Assembly (NCBI RefSeq): GCF_009914755.1
Contig: NC_060942.1
DNA from: the human T2T-CHM13v2.0 reference genome, Homo sapiens
DNA: 64,000 nt
Strand: one strand, 5' to 3'
Position numbers and translations under genes: made by a program. The notes under the pieces were generated by a model that did not search any database, was not told the DNA's origin, and worked only from the letters and a program-made list of their open reading frames with translations. Positions 1 through 13,019 of the stretch are shown here, in pieces. Each line of letters starts with the position of its first letter. Position 1 is the first letter of the stretch.

Positions 1-770
1 CTCATAAAAATGTCAGCTCTCCACTGGCAAAGCATGCTGCACCTGCCTGCCATGTGCTTAGTGACTACTAACATTTATATATCGCTGTATTTCAAGTCAA
101 ATAAATTGATAAAATGCAACTCAAAAACGCACCACATTGCATCGCTAATGCTTTTTAAGTAGAAATGTTTTCTTTCCCAGTCCTAATGCAAAGGGGCCAT
201 TTCTTATTCTATTCAGTGAAAACAAGACCACTTCAATATTTAATTTGGAAAATGGCACTAAAAATATTAAAATAAGATATATGCACTTAAGCAGACAAGC
301 CAAGACTCTTTAGCTACTTTAGTATTGTGTACTGCTGCCACAGAATATGCTAAACCTGCTAAGATTTTATTCTCTACTAAGGCTCCTACAAGCTAATAAT
401 CTGTCAATTCATTCAATTTCCATTAGAGATGTAAGAAGCTGTAGGTGATATTGGGAAAGTAGCATTAGCACACTGATGTATGCAAATGGTGCTTTGGAGG
501 TGCCTTTCATTTTCATGAAAATTTTACTTACCATCTGACTTTTTTTTTAGACTCTGCTTGCTTTCATGTAACAAATGTTTTACAGTCAATTTATCAGAAT
601 TATATGAGAAAAAACTTCTAAATTGCCCTTAAGAAAAAATCTTTCCAAAATAATAAGAAAGACATATTCTTAAAACTAATAAAATAGATAACAATGAAGT
701 TAATTTAATGAAGTCTAATTTTTTAAAAAAGTTAAATAGATAGTTTACACTAAGATTTTAAGTCTGTGCT

Positions 771-1337
771 TTGACTCCCTTATATATTGGGATATTAACT
801 CCTTGTGAGATGTATAGTTTCAAATATTTTCTTCTATTATGTAATTCTGTTTTCACTTTGTTGATTGTTTCTTTTGCTGTGTGGAAGATTTTTAGTTTGC
901 TGTCACCCCATTAGTCTATTTTTGTTTTTGCTGCCTAGGTTTGTGATGACATATTCAAAAAATTCTTGCCCAGACCAACTGCATGAAGCATTGTCCTTGT
1001 GTTTCTTCTAGTGCTATCATAGTTTCAGGTCTTACATTTAATTTCTTACTCCACTTCTAGTTGACTTTTATAGGCAAAGAGATAAGGTTTAATTTAATTC
1101 TTCTGCATGTAGATATCTAGTTTTCTCAAAAATTTTATTAAAGAAACTCTCCTTTTCCCAGTGTGCATTCTTCGTATTTTTGTCAAAAAACAATTGGCTG
1201 TAAATGCAGTTTATTCTGGGCTCTCTGTCTTGTTACATTGGTCTATGTAGCTGTTTTTATGCCAATACCATGCTATTTTTGTTACTATAATTTGTTGTCT
1301 ATTTTGAAGTCAGATAGTGTGATACCACTAGCTTTTG
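771..1337 (-). mobile_element. L1MA-type LINE-1, inverted 5' segment (ORF2 C-terminal region)
   Basis: The + strand reads as antisense L1 ORF2 (tatatattgggatattaactccttgtgagatgtatagttt... to gtcagatagtgtgataccactagctttt). It directly abuts the sense segment that follows. Confidence 0.85.
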
Positions 1338-2319
1338 CAAAAATAATAATAATGATAATAATAACCTAATTAAAAAATAGGCAAAAGACCTGAATAGACA
1401 TTTCTTAAAAGAAAATGTACAAATGGCCAACAGATAAGTAAAAAATACTCAACTTCACAAATCAAAAACGACAATGAAATACTACCTTATCCCAGTTCAA
1501 ATAGCTATTATTAAAAGACAAAAGATATATATTGACAACAATATGGAGAAAAGGGAACAGTTATACACAGTTAATGGGAATGAAAATTAGTACAGTCATT
1601 ATGAACAACTCTATTTCTAAAAACATGAAAAATAGAAAGTACTCTATGGTTCTGCAATCCCGCTATTGGGTATATTTGCAAAGGACATGAAATCGGATGC
1701 CCCAAGTAACTGCTTTCTCATGTTTATTGTAATACTATTCACAGTAGCTGAGATATGGAATTAACCTAAAGGTCCATCAGTGGGTGAACGGATAAAGAAA
1801 ATATATAATATATACACAATGGCATATTATTCAGCCTGAAAGAAAATGCAATTCTACCATTTGTAAACACATAGATGAACCTGGAAGACATTATGTTACG
1901 GAAAATAAGACAAGCAAAGAAATACAAATACCACATGATCTTTCACTGATACATGAAATTGAAAAAAAGTTCATTTCATTGAAGTAGAGAGGAAAATGAT
2001 GGTTCCCAGAGGCTGGGGTTTTTAGAGGAAATGAGACAGGGAGATATTGGTCATGGAATACATAGGTACAGTTAGACAGAAGTAATACATTTCAGATCTC
2101 TGTACAGCAAGGTGACTATAGATAATGACAATATATAATATTCTTTAAAAATATAAAAAGAATGAGTGTTATATACTCTCAGCACAACAATGATAACTAT
2201 GAGAGGTAATGCCTTTGTTAATTAGCTAGATTTAGTCGTTGTATATATACTTCAGGATGCCATGTTGTACACAACAAAATCATACAATGTTATTTGTCAA
2301 TTAAAAAAATACATAAAAA
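1338..2319 (+). mobile_element. L1MA-type LINE-1, 3' segment (ORF2 end, 3'UTR, A-rich tail)
   Basis: Starts ataacctaattaaaaaataggcaaaagacctgaatagacatttc, continues into an L1MA-style 3'UTR (gtacagcaaggtgactatagataat) and ends tgtcaattaaaaaaat. Confidence 0.88.
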
Positions 2320-3318
2320 TATATTCATGCTTTATGTCTCCTGTGGAAAGCCAGAAACTTTTTTTCCTTAAAGATTGGCATATTATTTCACAGAAAGGCT
2401 GCTGAATGCATTTGGGTGTCTCATCATATTATTCGTACACAGTCAGGATGTGTGAATTTTGTTAGTTTTCCTTTGCAGTCTTTTCTTCTTTTTTAATAAA
2501 TGTCAAGTCAATATCTCCACGTAGACATCCCCACCAAATTCTAAACCAGAGAACACATACGCAGGGGGCTGAAAGAGAAAATAAATGAAGAAGGCTCCGG
2601 TGAGAATGGCCATACTCTTCCTGGTGGGACATGTGCTATTTAGTATTTTCATAAAGGGACAAACACCCAGTGTGGAAAATTTCCATTTCATATGTCAACA
2701 TTGATAGATTAGTAATAACTGCCTGGAGATGCACTTTAAGATGGATTCTGAGTCTGTGTCCACAATCAGAGAGAAATAATGGCCAGATCAATTTACTAGT
2801 CTGTCAAACTTTATAAGCTATAGTAAAACAAATTTTATTTTATTCTACATACAGTTGCCAAATGATATATGCATTACTTTTATATGAATGGAAAATTTCC
2901 AGTAAATTACATTTCTAGAATTATCAGAAACTGAAGTACCATAGGCCCTGGTTTAGTTTGCAGGTTCTATCATGTATTAATCTTTACACTTAATTTGAAG
3001 TCTACCCCTTGTCAAAATAGAGAAAATGACTCAAATTTAAGTAAGTATTTATGGTGTGATCATTTTAATGCACATGTGTTAAATGTTTATTTTATAAATT
3101 TTTTATTTTAAAATAGAATCAATAATTAGTTGATGTTACTCCATGTTATTTTTTAAATATTAGCTTTCTTTTACTTAAACATAATAGATATTTTTAGTGT
3201 TGAGAAGGAGATTTTCAGTGTGATGTAACCAGTAACTATTTTTTAAACAATTCTTTGTTGAGGACTGATGAAGATAAATTATAATAATAATTTTTCTTAC
3301 CATAAAGTAAGAAATGTA

Positions 3319-3651
3319 CAGTTAGCCTTCCTTATCTCTTGGCCCTTCATTTGCATCCATATGTTCAACCAACCATGGGTAACAAATATTCAAAAAATAA
3401 TTAAAAACAATACAACAATTAAAAAAACAAATTAAACCGATATAGTATCACAACTATTTATACATTATTTATATTGTATTAGGTATTATAAGTAATCTAG
3501 AGATGATTTAAAGTATATGAGAGGATGTATGTAGGTTATGTTCAAATATTATGCTATTTTACATAACACTTAAGTATATGCAGATTTTTATATCCTTATT
3601 TTGGGGTATTCCTGGAAATACTTCTCCCATGATACTACTGAAGGGTTACTG
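3319..3651 (-). mobile_element. MER2 (TcMar-Tigger non-autonomous DNA transposon)
   Basis: CAGT...ACTG ends, each flanked by TA. The internal tattataagtaatctagagatgatttaaagtata is the reverse complement of the MER2 core. Confidence 0.85.
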
Positions 3652-4366
3652 TATAATTTTTATAAGCTGGATGCATTTTACATTGTTTCTGTAAGACTGC
3701 ATTATTTCAATGTCAGAATCAGTTATATTTCAAATAACTACATCATCCTGGCAATGAAGTTATGATTAATACAAGCTTTGGGAGTAATTATTAATTTTTC
3801 ATTTAACTAAATCAAGGATATATAGAGGCATAAGAATAATTCTTGGAGACTCTTGTATATTTGTTAAATAGGGAAATTACCTATCCTAAATAGTTTGTAA
3901 GGTTAGGCTTGAGTGTGCTTTATATCTAAACAAAGAGAGATAATAGACTGAATAATATGTTTATTATCAAATTATTTGGCTGTTATTACATTTTCATTAC
4001 TGTATATATTAAGATAGTAGAAATAAGTTTAGGACATTTTCAAAAAGCTTTATTACATTTACAAATTATCTTCCTGAAGTGAGTCTACTTCTTAATTTAT
4101 CAAAAGTTTCTATTAGTTATTCATAAAGCCATAAATATTAGCTTAGATACATATATAGTTTAAATTCTATTTGCTCACTGTTCTGGCAATCTGTTATAAT
4201 TGTATGCTTACTATATGGTGTCCCTTATGTTTATCAAGTGATAATGTATTATCATAAAATATAATAATTTTTTCTTACTCAGCATTTTAAAAACCTTCTT
4301 CTCTGATATAGAGTGGATGATGCTGAATACCTAAGTTAGGAGAGGCTACATAAAGACCGCCAAGGA

Positions 4367-4450
4367 TGTGTGTGTGTATGTGCGTATATGTGTGTGCACA
4401 TATGTGTGCATGTGAATATGTGTGTGTGTGTGTTTCATGGGTGTATGTGC
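4367..4450. repeat. Imperfect (TG)n microsatellite
   Basis: atgtgtgtgtgtatgtgcgtatatgtgtgtgcacatatgtgtgcatgtgaatatgtgtgtgtgtgtg. Confidence 0.85.
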
Positions 4451-5682
4451 TTTCAGATCAATCAAATATAGGATAACATTCATTCACCACAAAAGTGTTT
4501 TCTATTATATGGAAAATCAGAAGGAATAATCAATTTAATAGTGTTTTAATACCAAAGAGGCTCTCTATAAGTTTAATTTAAACGTGTCTTTTATACTGTT
4601 ACATTTTTATTATCTTTCAGGGCTTATCAAAGTATTATCTATTAATAATTTCCCATAATCCATATAAAATATTACTTGTTATTTTAATTAACTTTTTGTA
4701 AACTTTGCATTGTCTTTTAGGTTATTTGTCTTACACATTCATGTCACTGTAAATATCTCAAGGTCAAGACCAAGATTACTTACTTGTATGTCTTCTAGTA
4801 TTGCTGCAAAGTGTTTTACACAAAGGTGGCATTCATGGATTTTTATCAAAGTAAATAATAACTATTAATGCAAAATAAAATTTTGTTTACAAGACTGTAA
4901 ATGCCTGTAAGTAACTTTATAAAAAATGACCATTTCTTTGATAGTTCGGAAGGAAAAGGTCTATATGTTGGTGTGTATTTGTGGCTGTGTGTTTGTTACT
5001 ATTTATTTTTCTACATATAGTACAAGTGACTGACTGGAATGCTGATCTGAATCAACTACCCGTCTGTTAGAAGATTTTAGATAGGTTGTATTGAAGCTTT
5101 AATTTTAAAGCTGACAATTTCAGTTTAATATGGAAGTCCATACTTATATTCTGGTGAAATAAATGCACCAAATGGTGTGTAAAACCCAAAATTAATCAGA
5201 AGAATACATTTGGCAATGAGAGTAATGACCCCACAGATTGCTACAATTCAAAAACTTTAACAATCTACTTCTTCCCTTGGACATATGTAATGCAAATGTT
5301 TGGGAAATTACAATAGTTTGTGAGTGCCAAAGCTTAATAAATGAAGATTGTCAGATTTTAACTGGTCTATAATTTTTCCAAATGACAATCCATGTTTACA
5401 GCTCAGTTTTCTCAGAGGAAAGCAGTAATCTCTTTAAAAAAATATTTATCTTGGAAGAGGAGTCCTCTTGGATGATAAATGTTCTTTCTGTAAAAATACC
5501 TGTGATTTGACATAGGTCAAATTTTGCACTTCTCAATTTTTTTTTCAGTGAGTGATACCTTGACAAAATATACTCAAAACTGTAATGTAAGGCTCATCAT
5601 ACTAGAAGTGAAGACACTGTGTTTCTGGGGTTGCCTTTATTTACATGTTATCTCTTATACATTCAAAGTTCTAAGTCAATTC

Positions 5683-6031
5683 TTTTCCTTTCAACTTTTA
5701 TTTTAGGTTCAGGGCGTACATGTGCAGGTTTGTTGCATGGATAAATTGTGTGTCGCTGGGGTTTGGTGTACAAATGATCCTGTGATCCAGGTAGTGAGCA
5801 TAGTACCTGACAGTTTTTCAACCCTCGCCCCCCTCCCAACCTCCCCCCTCTATTTGTCTCCAGTGTCTACTGTTCTTATCTTTGTGTCCATGAGTACCCA
5901 ATATTTAGCCCCCACTTAAAAATGAGAACATGTGGTATTTGGTTTTCTCTTCCTGTGTTAATTCGCTTAGGATGATGACATCCAGCTGCATCTATGTTGC
6001 TGCACAGGACATGATCTCATTCTTTTTTATG
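5683..6031 (-). mobile_element. 5'-truncated L1PA (old, L1PA15/16-like) 3' end
   Basis: Antisense L1PA 3'UTR (caacttttattttaggttcagggcgtacatgtgcaggtttg...aatgagaacatgtggtatttgg). Degenerate TSD ctaagtcaattc (5671) / ctaagccatttt (6032). Confidence 0.88.
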
Positions 6032-6079
6032 CTAAGCCATTTTCTTTCATGTCCTAAATAAAATGTTTGATTAGAGAAG

Positions 6080-6308
6080 GCACCATACAGTGGTGATTAG
6101 TACTACAGTCTTTGGACTTCAAAGTATTGAACTCAAATCGGCTGTTACTTTACATGAGACAAACTTAGTCTCACAATCCTTATTAATTTTTTAAAAATTT
6201 TCTTTCTTTGATAGTCATCACAATAATAACTACAAAATGTTTACTGTGTGCATGCAGTGAGGCAATGTGAGAACTAAATACACCCAAATTAATGCTATTA
6301 TTATTATT
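6080..6308 (+). mobile_element. Degraded MIR SINE
   Basis: tacagtggtgattagtactacagtctttggacttc at the 5' end and the aatgctattattattatt tail. Confidence 0.5.
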
Positions 6309-7149
6309 CCATGTAATGAATTCCTCTTCCAACTACATCATTTCATGAGGATACCTATTTTGGGCAATTATTAACAACCATCTGGGCAAGAAGCTAGGCA
6401 ATGTTTAGTGTAAGCTTCCTTAAGCCCTAATCAAAACATTGAAAAAAATCTGTGGTATGGCTGGAAATTCAAAAATAGAAGTGGATTTTGGTCATCTTCA
6501 AAAACATCAAGTCAATTTCAGATTTGCTTCACAGTCATCACGTCTGTCCCTTGTATATAGGGACAGTTTCCCGTAGCATAAAACCACAAAGTTAGTGACT
6601 GACAGCCCTTGCATGGCACATGGATAACAGTGTATTTCAGATTTAAAATGATATCATCCTCCTGAACTTTGCATTAAAACTTGTGGTGATCCACATGGAA
6701 TTGACACCAGCAATCGCTGATCCATTCTTTCACCTTCTAAGCAAAAAGTCTTGACTTCTTTCTGGGTTGGAAAATGTAGGCTTTGACTATTACTATATTT
6801 GCCTGAATATAGAGATCAAGTGGTGTGAAAAAAATTTTCCAAGATAATTTTTGAAGGTGGAAGTGTCATGCACTGTTCTTTTATGGTACTTAGAAAGGAA
6901 TTTTTGTGACACTGCAGTTGAAATGTTTTCATGAGGGTCTGGGACTTTCTGTATATTTTCTCTTTCTGTTCTTCTCTGGAATTTTGCAAATTCTAAGATT
7001 GTTATAGAAATGGATTTAGCCTCCATCTTCGCATTTGTGATAAATGAACCCATATTTTGAGGATGATTTTGCACATGTGTCTCAGACAAAGCTCTTTTAT
7101 ATGGCTGATCTGTAATCAGAAACTTTCCAGCTTGGGCTATGATATTTGA

Positions 7150-7581
7150 GGGGAGAAGATGATAAAAAGTCAAGATGATTTAAAGAAGACAAATGCTCCA
7201 TGTTTTCTTTTTTCCCCGTCACACATTGCCTAGTAGACAGAGAGCTCCAGCTATCACCTTTAGAATCCCGACATCATGTCTACATGAGACTACAGGCCGC
7301 TTGCTGCCAATGGCTGAGCCTGGGTGAGGGTCTAAGCCGGGCTCTTTCTGGGAAGATATGACCTCACCTTGCTGATCTTTTCTTAGACTGCCTATTAGTC
7401 TAGGACACTTCCACCTAAAATGTGTTTCTTTCCCTCAGAGTCAGATTAAATCATGGTCTGATGACTCTTTCCTTTTCTCTGTCCCCACTCCATTTATTCT
7501 CACAGGAATTTCTCCTGATGAAACCCTTGCAAATGTAATTCCATTTTTGTGTCTGCACCTTAGAAGACTGGAGAAATAACA
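7150..7581 (+). mobile_element. LTR16-like solo LTR (ERVL)
   Basis: The 3' end cccttgcaaatgtaattccatttttgtgtctgcaccttagaagactggagaaataaca resembles the LTR16 terminus. The left edge is approximate. Confidence 0.6.
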
Positions 7582-7668
7582 TAGCTTATCTCTTTATCGT
7601 TCAGCTCTGAATAAGGGTTTAGATCATCATACTCTTCAGTTGATGGTCCATTAAAATTTTTGGTCCCT

Positions 7669-7985
7669 GGCCTGGTGCGGGGGCTCACTCCTAGAATCCC
7701 AGCGCTTTGGGTGGCTGAGGTGGGTGGACCCCTTGAGGTCATGAGTTTGAGGCCAGCCTGACCAACAAGGCAAAACCCCATCTCTACTAAAAATCCAAAA
7801 ATAACATAGCTGGGCGTGGTTCCATGCACCTGTAGTCCCAGCTACTCAGGAGGCTGGGACAGGAGAATCGCTTGAACCCAGGAGGCGGAGGTTGTAGTGA
7901 GCTGAGATCATACACTGCACTCCAGCTTGGGTGACAGAGTGAGACTCCATCTCTAAATAAAATAAAATAAAAATAAATAAATAAA
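7669..7985 (+). mobile_element. AluS (Sx/Sz-like), full length
   Basis: Dimeric Alu with (TAAAA)n tail. TSD ttaaaatttttggtccct / ttaaattattggttcct. Confidence 0.95.
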
Positions 7986-8059
7986 TTAAATTATTGGTTC
8001 CTGCAAGTCTCCATTATAATTGGATTTATGTATTAATTTTTATTTCCCTTAAAACCATT

Positions 8060-9290
8060 CTGGTTCCCCACCACTATATACTGCTGTCATTTTGTTGTAC
8101 TTAATCTCTTAGTTTGCTTATGCTCTTTCTAAAAGTGTATTTTAGTCATGTGTTTGTTTTTCTTTCCAACTATTTTTCAATTTTAGTTTTCTAAGAAATC
8201 ATGTGTTATATAAACTCATTGTATTTCAGTTTCACTTTATATTTTTCAGACATATCCATGCTGTAATATATATTTCTAAGTGCTTGCTTTCTCATATGTC
8301 CAGAATGTACACAAACCAACTACTGTCTATCTTTTTTCTTTTTCTCCAGTAGGACAATCAAGTTGCCTTCAAATTCCAAGAACTAAAATTACTGTTGTAA
8401 TAAAAATGTTTGTACTTGTTCCTTTATAAACAGGAGTCAGAAATTGTTGAGATACATTCTCTGGAGCACAATTTCTAGTTCATAGGCTCTGCATACACAC
8501 TCTTATTATCCTCCTGAACTGTGCCCCACTTTACACTGCTGCCAGCTTGCCACTAGGATTACAATGTCAGCACATCTCTACCCTAGAACTCTAATTAGGG
8601 AAAGCGATTACTCATTGAAATTTTAATTTTTTTTCTAATCACCCCCAATTTTAAGCATTTTTTATATGCTTGTGGCTTTGTGTGTTACTGTTTCTAAAAT
8701 TACCTGCTCATATTTTGTGTTCATTTTTTTTTTCTAACTGGGTTGCTAAGTTATGTATTTATACTAGTAACCCTTTTAATATAGTGCTAATATCATGTCT
8801 TCTTTTAATATACACCTATTATCCTTAAGCATTATGAAATAAACCTTACCAAACGTGTTATGCCTTCTAGCCTTCTATAGTTTTTGTGTTTCTTTAACAA
8901 ATATACCTAAGTCAATATGATTCTCTTCCGTGTGTGTGTTTTTTTTTAATTAATTTATTATTATTATTATTTTTACCAGTCCCCTTTTTCCATTAACATT
9001 CATGTATAGCATATTCAGCATTAAATCCACTGGAGTGCACCCTTGCATGTGGTGTTCAAAGAAAACTTTTTTCATTTTTGATACAAAGAGATAATATTTC
9101 CCTAACAGACCACTGAACAATGTATAATTTTATCATTATGTTGTCATATCACCTCTACCATATAGAATGTTTCCATGTTAACTGTGTCAGTCTGGCTTTT
9201 ATCTCTTCATGTTGTTACATCTTCTCATCACTAATACTTCTTTTATTATAATTGCCTTGTAACATATGCTGGTATCTGGTGGGTCAAACA
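8060..9290 (-). mobile_element. Highly degraded ancient L1 (L1ME-like) 3' region
   Basis: T-rich tract with scattered antisense L1M 3' motifs (catatccatgctgta, ttacactgctgccagc, tcattgaaattttaattt). Boundaries are uncertain. Confidence 0.45.
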
Positions 9291-9306
9291 CCTTGCCTTC
9301 CTTTAC

Positions 9307-9626
9307 TTTTTATTTTATGATTTTTTTTTTTTTTTTTTTTTTTAGACAGAATCTCACTCTGTTGCCCAGGCTGGAGTGCAGTGGCACAATCTCGGCTCAC
9401 TACAACCTCCACTTCCTGGGCTCAAGCGATCTACCAGCCTCAGACTTGAGTAGCTGGGATTACAGGTGCGCATCACCATGCCCAGCTAATTTTTGTATTT
9501 TTATTAGAGATGGGGTTTCACCATGTTGGCCAGGCTGGTGTACTTTGAACTCCTGACCTCAGGTGATCCACCCACCTTGGCCTCCCAAAGGGCTTGGATT
9601 ACAGGAGTGAGCCACTGTGCCTGGCT
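9307..9626 (-). mobile_element. AluS (Sx/Sz-like)
   Basis: Poly-T followed by agacagaatctcactctgttgcccaggctggagtgcagtggc...gagccactgtgcctggct. TSD gccttcctttac / gccttcctttat. Confidence 0.95.
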
Positions 9627-10199
9627 GCCTTCCTTTATTCTTAATTTTTAATGGTTAGTTTCACAGCAGTGGACTTTTGTTTTCCTCATAACACTTGCTT
9701 TGTCTTATCAAATGCCTATTCTATATTGCTTAAGTATTTGTTCTTTCATTTTTTAATATGGTACAAGGCATATCCTTACATTGAACCCTTCTTGGAATCC
9801 CTGAAATAAACTTTAGTTTATATTTTGTATATTTTAATACAAAATTGGAATATTCTATGGAGTACTGTTTGGGGAATTTTTGGGTCTATCTTCATACATA
9901 GAGTGAGCCTATAATTTATTTCCAAGGTTTTGTAGTTTTCTGATCTTAGAAATATGATTATACCAGTGTCATTAAATGATCTGGCCAATTCTCCTTTGTT
10001 TCTATTTTCTGGAAAATCATCAAAAAATAAGAATTAGTCATTCTTTGAGTGTTTGCCTAAAATCACATGGAAGCCTCATTGAGATGGGGATGTTTGAGCA
10101 AAGCCTTGAACAATTCTTAGGGAGTTCACTAAGTACATATACAGAGGATGAACTTTTTATGCAGAAGATGGGAAAAGTAGCTAGTGGGAAGGTCACAAT

Positions 10200-11140
10200 T
10201 CCAGAGGGACCTTAATGTAATCAGTGAAGACCAAGAAGATTAATGTGGCTGGAGCTTAGTGGGTAGGAACAGCAGTATTTTATGGGGTGTGTGTGTGGAG
10301 GTGGGGTGGGGGGGGTGTTCTAGGACCTGCAAATCCTAGAATGCATATTACATAAGGCATTCTAGGATATTGGGATATGTTGGCTTTTATTTTGCATTAC
10401 ATCGGGGTGTGTGCATAGGGACTTTTTTTGAGGAATTGCTTAGCTATTGCTTTGAATCACCATGGAAAAAGGGACAACTCTTGGCCAGTAATTATAACAG
10501 TATAGGAGAGGAGAGATAGTGGATCAGATTAGCCTTGTAGTCACACAAGTGGTGTGAAGGGTTTAAATTCTGGATATATTTTGAAGGCAGTGCTTCCAGG
10601 ATTTCTGAAGAATCTATATATGATATATGAGAAAAATAGAGGAGAAATGAGGGATACGGGGGAGCGTTCTGGTGGAATGGGTTTGGTGAAATAAAGAAGA
10701 GTTCAATGTTTGAAATTTGAAATTTGGAGATAATAATTTTGATATTTGGCCATAGACAAAATTGAAGCAGAAGCTGGTCCACAAAGACATATTTATGGAA
10801 GCTATTCCAGACATAATAGAGAGTAAACACAAGGATTCTGATGTGGACTTGTGTGTGGGTGGAGGGAGTAGCCATTTAGGCAAATTTGTCATAATCAAGA
10901 TAGCTCTGTGTCACCCCTAGCAGGGTGAATTGGGGGCACCATAGCAGGAGATAACATCAGAGGGATGGTATGGTATGGCAGATTATGAAGAAACGTCATG
11001 ATTATAAACTAAGGTGATGTAGCTGGAGTTGGAATTTTTTAATCATGAAGTATGAAGGACAGAACAGAGATTTGGTCAGCAAACAAACATTAACACAGAG
11101 AAAGTAGACAAGATGGAGATCAGAAGGAAATGAAGAAACA
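10200..11140 (-). mobile_element. L2 LINE fragment
   Basis: Contains the L2 hallmark aattctggatatattttgaaggcagtgcttccaggattt. ORF 10492-10875 (LPSKYIQNL) is a remnant of L2 ORF2-derived sequence. Confidence 0.7.
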
Positions 11141-11867
11141 TCTTACTTAATTGGATGCAATAAAGACTTCCTCTTGACCAAGGTAGAGGTAATTCCTTAA
11201 ATTTAGAATTGACGCTACCTTAGACTTCTTCCCGTATTAGCTGATAACTGTTCCACAGATCTATAAACATATTAATAAAGTTATCTGTAGGGTCCAACAA
11301 TATTCTCAGATGAAAGATAATTTGTAGAAGAATTTTATTTTCATTTCCTGATTGTTTGCCATTTACAGTGACAGAGTCAGCTTCTGAATGAATGGAAATG
11401 TCTCAAAGATCATGCATATGGATACTGTTTCTTTTCCTTAATGTTGCCCGTTATTTTCCCATTAAAGAGCAAACACTTGGCAGACCATTTTTATTAATCA
11501 TCAAAGTAAATAATATTCTTTTGATTACATGCTGAAAAAATACTGCAGGAATGCAGGTGGCTAATTGGGGTGCTTCAATGATGTATTCAAATTAAAAACT
11601 AGTTAGTTCTCTGCTTCCTCTAATCCTGCTGCTTTGAATAACCTGTGTAAGACGATAACAAACCAAATTATTTGGCCTCATATTACAAATGTTATCATCT
11701 GGAAACATTCAAAGAATGTGTTATTATTTCATCTTTCTTATCAGATAAGAATATATTCACCCAACATGAAGTCTCTAAACCCAAGATTATATTGATTACT
11801 CTGAAAATATCACTCTACTTTAAAGGTACATCTATTTAAAAAATGTACAATGAAAGGGATTTTGTAC

Positions 11868-11955
11868 TTTTGTACTTCTTGAATTCAGTTTAAAATTATA
11901 TATATATATATATAATTATATATATAATTTTAAACTGAGTTTAAGAAGTACAAAA
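11868..11955. repeat. AT-rich near-perfect palindrome with a (TA)n core
   Basis: Left arm ttttgtacttcttgaattcagtttaaaattatatata; right arm tatatataattttaaactgagtttaagaagtacaaaa; 2 mismatches. Confidence 0.9.
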
Positions 11956-11973
11956 ATCATATATATAGATAAT

Positions 11974-11976
<3 letters not shown>

Positions 11977-12021
<45 letters not shown>
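11977..12021. repeat. (AT)n microsatellite, ~22 units
   Basis: Pure AT dinucleotide run. Confidence 0.97.
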
Positions 12022-12024
<3 letters not shown>

Positions 12025-12097
12025 GTAATTCATGGTGCAAATAAGTTGTTTGGCCATTTTTCAACTAGTATAAATCAAGACATCTGAGTTCTTGAGA

Positions 12098-12178
12098 CTT
12101 CTTTTCTTCCTTCCTTTCTTTCTTTTCTTCCTTCTCTCCTTCCTTCCTTTCTTCCTTCCTTCATTCTTCTTTTCTTTC
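12098..12178. repeat. Polypyrimidine (TTCC/TTTC)n low-complexity tract
   Basis: cttcttttcttccttcctttctttcttttcttccttctctccttccttcc... Confidence 0.85.
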
Positions 12179-12209
12179 AAAAAATTTTTAACGGATACTC
12201 TTTCTATGT

Positions 12210-12450
12210 GTGTTATGTTGTAATGGTTTCAATTGCAAGAGCACCAAAAGCCCTTCCAAGTGCCTTAAACCATTAAGGCAGTTAATTGTATCACATACTT
12301 GGAAGTCAATGTCAAAGCAGGATTCAAGTGATTCAATGATAACATCAAGGATCACAGTGTTTTCTGTCTCTGTCCTCATTCATCATTGTTGTCAGGTCTT
12401 CTATAGGACTCTCTTGCTTGTTGCTGGGAGATTACTGTTTTATCCAGTCT
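12210..12450 (-). mobile_element. Old MaLR LTR (MLT1K/L-like) fragment
   Basis: ttgcaagagcaccaaaagcccttccaagtgccttaaaccattaaggcagttaattgtatcacatac resembles the antisense MLT1 U5 and polyA region. Confidence 0.5.
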
Positions 12451-13019
12451 TGTAATTGCTGACAATTCATGCATTCAGTTTATCTATATTTAACTTAATT
12501 AGCAATATAGCTTAGTTTATACCTACTATCTTTCCATTATTGTTTCAACTCATTCCTTCATTCAAAGGCTAACCCTGAAAACACTCAGGTAAATAGTTAT
12601 CTCTTTTTTGGGTGCCATATAACTTTTTCTAGATATCAATTATAGAATATCTCATTATGCTTCTTAACATATTAGTTAGTCTATTTCACTAGTAGACTAT
12701 GGGTTCACTTGTGCAGAACCATGTCATGTTCTGATTACAGTTGCAACCCCCACACAGCGCGTTGAACCTTGCAAGGTGGTCATCTTGCAGCTCTCTCCAT
12801 CAGGTACCTGCAATATATTTTCAAGAACTATCCTCAGCTTCACTGTTGTATCTTAAAGGGTCAAAGCAATTACATTTCATGCATTGCACTCAGCAAAGCA
12901 ATTTCATTTTCCTTAGCTTGAAGAATCCATGATTTGATTCATGATTTTTTGTTTGAAATGTTTATTGGCTTAGGGTGTGCATGGGACCTAGTTGGATATA
13001 AAGAGCAAGTTGGCATCTG

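Noticed and set aside
470-535. Octamer ATGCAAAT and the short palindrome ttttcatgaaaa
   Set aside because: Such short AT-rich motifs are expected by chance at this base composition.
6793-7173. 126-aa minus-strand ORF
   Set aside because: Non-ATG start, no recognisable domain and no clear splice or promoter context. About one such frame is plausible by chance in six frames of 64 kb.
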